The translations under genes and the position numbers were made by a program. A stretch of DNA of 64,000 bases from Phycisphaerae bacterium (GTDB lineage Bacteria; Planctomycetota; Phycisphaerae; UBA1845; Fen-1342), in NCBI GenBank assembly GCA_050115495.1, contig JASFQK010000015.1, positions 75,887 through 139,886 of the forward strand. The letters run 5' to 3'. Position 1 is the stretch's first letter. Each line of letters starts with the position of its first letter. Below, one piece after another: positions 60,901-64,000 of the stretch. Under the pieces are notes generated by a model. That model had not been told where the DNA came from. It saw nothing but the letters and a program-made list of their open reading frames with translations, and searched no databases.

Positions 60901-63874
60901 CCTGCTCAGCATTACCGACGGTAACGGCAACACGACGGCGTACACATACGACGTGGCCAACCGTCAGATCACGCAAACCTTCGCCGACGAAACCGAGCAG
61001 CGCTACACCTACGACGGCGTGGGCAACCCGCTCACCTACGAGGATAACATGGGTGAGGGTGATATACCCGGCACCGGGAACGTCACCACCTACACGTACG
61101 ACGACCTGCACCGCCGGATTCGTAGCGAATACGAAGATGGCAGCGCCGACGTATTCGCCTACGACAAGGGCGGGCGGATGCTTTCGGCCGACAACGATCA
61201 TTCCCACGTGGGTTTCACGTACGACTGCGCCGACCGGGTACTCACCAGCACGCAGACCGACCTGCCGCAAACCTACTCCTATGCCGTCACTTACATTTAC
61301 GACGTGGCGGCCAACACCCGGACAATCCACTATCCCAGCGGCAAGGTCGTGGTCGAGACGCGTGATCTGCGCGACCGCCTCAGCGACGTCACCGACGCGG
61401 CCTCGTACACCTACGACTTGGCCAATCGTGTTCTCACCAGGACCTTCGACAACGGCACCGAAGCCCGCCACAGCTATAACGACAACGACTGGATCACGGA
61501 GCTGCGCCACGTCGCGACCGATGGGACCACCACCTTCGCCGGCTTCGCCCACGACTACGACCGCGAGGGTAATCGCCTCAATGCGCAGAATCTGCAGGAG
61601 GTGGTCGCCTACGACGACGCCAGGCCAGCAACGCACTCGGAGGTGTACGCCTACGACGACATTCACCGTTTGATCGACTACAAGCGTGGCCAGTGGGTGA
61701 GCGGTGACGTGCCCGCTCCCCGGCGGCTCCGCACCTGGCAGATCGACAACGTCCACAACTGGGAGGAGTTCGGTATCCACGACCTCGATACCGGCGAGGA
61801 CGAAACGTATTGCAACTCGATCAACCAAATGAACGAGTACGACGACTGGTCGACCGATGGCCAGCCGCCCGTGCCCGACGACGACGGTCTGCCGGACGAC
61901 TTCATGGTCAGCCCCTGCCCGTCGTCACCGCTGGGCGCTGGTGGTCACCGGCCGGCTCTCCGACCCGAGGCTTCCGAAACGCTCATTTCGCCGGACTTCG
62001 AACGCGGCGCCCCAACCGCCGAGGACAACGGCGGCCGCGACACCGGCTTCAACCGCGCCCACGACAAGAACGGCAACCTGGTCGACGACGACGTCAACGA
62101 ATACTACTATGACTACCAGACCACAATGGGCAGCGTCCTACGGGCGCAGAACCGCCTGACGATGGTCAAGCGCAAGAGTGACAGCGCCGTCCTGGGTGAA
62201 TACTGGTACGACGCCCTCGGCCGCCGCATCCGCAAGCTTGCCGACGGTTTGTCCACCGTGTATGTCTACACTCGCGACTGGCGCGCGATTGAGGAGTATG
62301 AGGACGGTGCTCTCGCCCGCAGCTACGCTTACGGTGGGTGGATCGACGAAGTCCTCGCGATGGACCGTGCCGCGGAGGCCGACCGCCTCTACTACCACGC
62401 CAATGCCCTGGGCAGCATCATCGCGGTCACCGACGGCGGCGGCGACGTGGTTGAGCGCTACACCTACGACGCTTACGGGGCGCCGCTGATCGAGTCCTAT
62501 GCCCAGCCGCCGGACCAGGACGAGGCGTACGGTTCCGATCTCACGCCGCTGCCCCCGCCGTCGGACGCGGTTCAGATCCTGGCCGACGATTTCTCGCTGG
62601 CCGAGACGACGTTGATCACCGGCCTGCGCTGGTGGGGCGCCTACGCGTACGGAGACGTCCCCGACACGGACGATTTCACGCTGCGGTTCTACGACGAGGC
62701 CGATTTCTTCCCCGGCTCGCTGGTCTGGGAGGAACACGTCGGCGATCAGGTCAGCCGCTTGCCCACCGGTCGGATCATCACGACCGTCGCAGGCGATCTG
62801 GCCGAGTACGTCTACGAGATGAAGTTCGCCACACCGTTTTGGGCCGGCGCGGGCACATGGTACTGGGTGTCGGTCGTCAACAACACGGTCGCCCAGCCGC
62901 TGACTTGGGGATGGGAAACGGCCGGCGAAGGCAATGTCTACGCGGCCTACAGCCTCGACGGCGGCCCGTGGCAGTCTTTCGGCGAAGACCTGACCTTCCA
63001 GTTTCTCACCGACCGCTCCGCCGTCGGAAACCCCTACCTCTTCACCGCCCGCCGATACGACGCCGAAACTGGTTGGTACCACTATCGCGCGCGCTACCTA
63101 GATTCCGTCACTGGGCGGTTCGCCGTCCGCGATCCGATGGGTCCTTGGGGCGATCCCACGAATCTTGGCAATACGTATACGTATGTTGGCTCTAACCCTT
63201 GGAGCAGTATCGATCCCTCTGGCCGGGAAACAAGAACTATCAAGGGAACCATAATCGAAGGGAATACCATACGTGAGGTCGAGTTTAACAACAATAACAA
63301 TCTAGGCGGCCGAATGGAATACGAGGTGACGTTCGACCTCACATGTGTTGGCACTAAAGCCAAGTACACCGGCCCCCCAAACGTAAAATATAACCTAAAA
63401 TCACGCTGGGACAACATCAATTTAAGCTACAAGACAATGGGGGCTCAAGTTGTGGATTACGTCCGTGTCACGCGCGTGGACGTAACAAGGCGAGATTGCC
63501 CCAAAGGTTGGACTGGAGAAATACTGGTTGTCAGCGTGACAATAACGTGGTATCACAAAGGCTGGGTTGGTGTAAGTATATTCAGGCTTGGCGGAAAGGA
63601 ACAAAAGAAAGGCGAGCACCAGAAAACAGTGACGATAGACTGCTGCAAGAAGAATGACTGCGATGACGGTGCCGACACGGAACCAGAGCCGGACGACTCC
63701 GGCCGCAGACCTGCTGGTGTCCCATCCGGGTTCGAGCCACAGGACAATCCCCCGCCGCTTAGACGAATACTCACAGATCCGTGGATAGATGGGTGCAACC
63801 CGCCGCCCATAAGGGTAGGGCCGCGATACAGCGGGATGATGTACCCGGTGCCTGAGTGCTATCTGGACCAGTAG
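57956..63874 (+). CDS. Large RHS/YD-repeat protein with variable C-terminal domain
   Basis: GWTHSY, many YD repeats, YYHANALGS, PYLFTARRYD, YHYRARY, NPWSSIDPSG; own RBS GAGGAG. Confidence 0.95.
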   Translation: MSPQKRIFRSVNAHPILSCILAGGSCALLIAGLARLSDRGDISDLSRIDDARVLTDAEMKQVRAGGLKPFARRPRGPAATACDPCPECSIATSSGRSPEGTAPWLDATTAGVYDRVWMMSVGAPATGLSLVLTYNVDMADGTNSIVDTTLPRGWTHSYNGYLLQRGNDFIWIRGDSEVVTFTRRGGVFTHSTGQFYDLTVTDGTPKVRLRDGTVYEFQQEDVPWQPLGAAFLLESILDPNGRATQLTYNNGLLTHVTDPFGNALHFDYNPDSMLSAVTASGRQGTFEYDTGHLSAMVLADGTRVEYTYNFLAQITEKTIIGNRNGSRTYYVDYDQGSKACCLRDSAGTTVASQNSNTEWEPDYEESVATGEMHYLPGTATVIDGRGNEWHHTYDSRGNMIETLNPRGHFKTIEYDPATLLPERIIDENGHETYYEYDERGNRTLLRDAEGNETTYEYELISGEYDRLVRRIEPDEDVWEYVYDENGNLIEAIDPLIEQPEDATVTYEYYTGAPYQGLLWRKTDRNGNVTEWEYYPDGNVKKEIDPGGCETEYTYDAFGNVLSRTVHNDTGDQTTSYTYNARDRVDTVTDPVGNTTKYEYDSVGNRIAVYTCWIDESTYRSVTRYEYDSRDRLVRTIEDDGGLDRITEYDYDNNDNRIEEIDPNGVVTQFEYDELNRVVRTLRDPGGLEIEREYGYDPVGNKITEIDPNDHTATYDYDVLNRLTWITDPLGNETEYRYFPPGGGGCGGCGTPGSSNIHCVIDAEDKVTKYEYDQLDRRTREIRQIGVQDCDAPEDGDDAVTEYTYDPNGNLLSTTDPNGNTTTLTYTVRGEVESVSNGCDETTTYTYDCAGNHITEEPPNGNIIHYEYDLNNRLEHVYDTIGDLVDYTYDCVGNRITEADAVGPATTYEYDNLDRVAMVTDPMAEETEYEYDAVGNLTKIIDREDNETVYEYDNASRRTVSRIWPQNGGDPAETSYEYDDAGNLLSITDGNGNTTAYTYDVANRQITQTFADETEQRYTYDGVGNPLTYEDNMGEGDIPGTGNVTTYTYDDLHRRIRSEYEDGSADVFAYDKGGRMLSADNDHSHVGFTYDCADRVLTSTQTDLPQTYSYAVTYIYDVAANTRTIHYPSGKVVVETRDLRDRLSDVTDAASYTYDLANRVLTRTFDNGTEARHSYNDNDWITELRHVATDGTTTFAGFAHDYDREGNRLNAQNLQEVVAYDDARPATHSEVYAYDDIHRLIDYKRGQWVSGDVPAPRRLRTWQIDNVHNWEEFGIHDLDTGEDETYCNSINQMNEYDDWSTDGQPPVPDDDGLPDDFMVSPCPSSPLGAGGHRPALRPEASETLISPDFERGAPTAEDNGGRDTGFNRAHDKNGNLVDDDVNEYYYDYQTTMGSVLRAQNRLTMVKRKSDSAVLGEYWYDALGRRIRKLADGLSTVYVYTRDWRAIEEYEDGALARSYAYGGWIDEVLAMDRAAEADRLYYHANALGSIIAVTDGGGDVVERYTYDAYGAPLIESYAQPPDQDEAYGSDLTPLPPPSDAVQILADDFSLAETTLITGLRWWGAYAYGDVPDTDDFTLRFYDEADFFPGSLVWEEHVGDQVSRLPTGRIITTVAGDLAEYVYEMKFATPFWAGAGTWYWVSVVNNTVAQPLTWGWETAGEGNVYAAYSLDGGPWQSFGEDLTFQFLTDRSAVGNPYLFTARRYDAETGWYHYRARYLDSVTGRFAVRDPMGPWGDPTNLGNTYTYVGSNPWSSIDPSGRETRTIKGTIIEGNTIREVEFNNNNNLGGRMEYEVTFDLTCVGTKAKYTGPPNVKYNLKSRWDNINLSYKTMGAQVVDYVRVTRVDVTRRDCPKGWTGEILVVSVTITWYHKGWVGVSIFRLGGKEQKKGEHQKTVTIDCCKKNDCDDGADTEPEPDDSGRRPAGVPSGFEPQDNPPPLRRILTDPWIDGCNPPPIRVGPRYSGMMYPVPECYLDQ

Positions 63875-64000
63875 GTAGGGCGGGCTCTGCCCAATGGTAC
63901 TAACCTTGTCACGCGGCTCGTTTCTTGGTGTTTGCTCGTGGTGGTGGAGCGGTGGGCAGCTTGCTGGGGCGTTTCAGCTTGCCGTGGCCTTTGTTTTTGG

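Noticed and set aside
59051..61828. 925-aa minus-strand ORF
   Set aside because: Antisense shadow of RHS repeats

Overview
High-GC bacterial window, most consistent with a Planctomycetota (Phycisphaerae-like) genome; this is inferred from dockerin-tagged secreted proteins, integrase type and repeat families. The left 39 kb is mostly core genome. It holds a partial apbE, a complete rseC-like+rnfCDGEAB operon, an ABC exporter, a PilZ protein and an uncharacterised DUF6754-type membrane gene cluster. It also holds an AbiEi/AbiEii toxin-antitoxin pair with promoter and operator, purB, a trans-sulfuration enzyme, a phosphomannomutase, an M16 peptidase subunit and an EF-G paralog. REP-like repeats, a candidate structured RNA, an LsrG-like/Fe-ADH/FIST/hybrid-kinase operon and a FadL-like porin follow. 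From tRNA-Gly(TCC) at 39000 to the window end lies a genomic island. It contains two tandem capsid-less integrative elements (tyrosine integrase, AlpA, replication genes, iteron-like origins), an orphan origin and secreted cargo. The most striking candidate system is a membrane-anchored C39 peptidase gene overlapping a 1972-aa RHS gene whose N-terminus has a hydrophobic anchor followed by a double-glycine-type leader. All calls are by eye from motifs; no searches were run.
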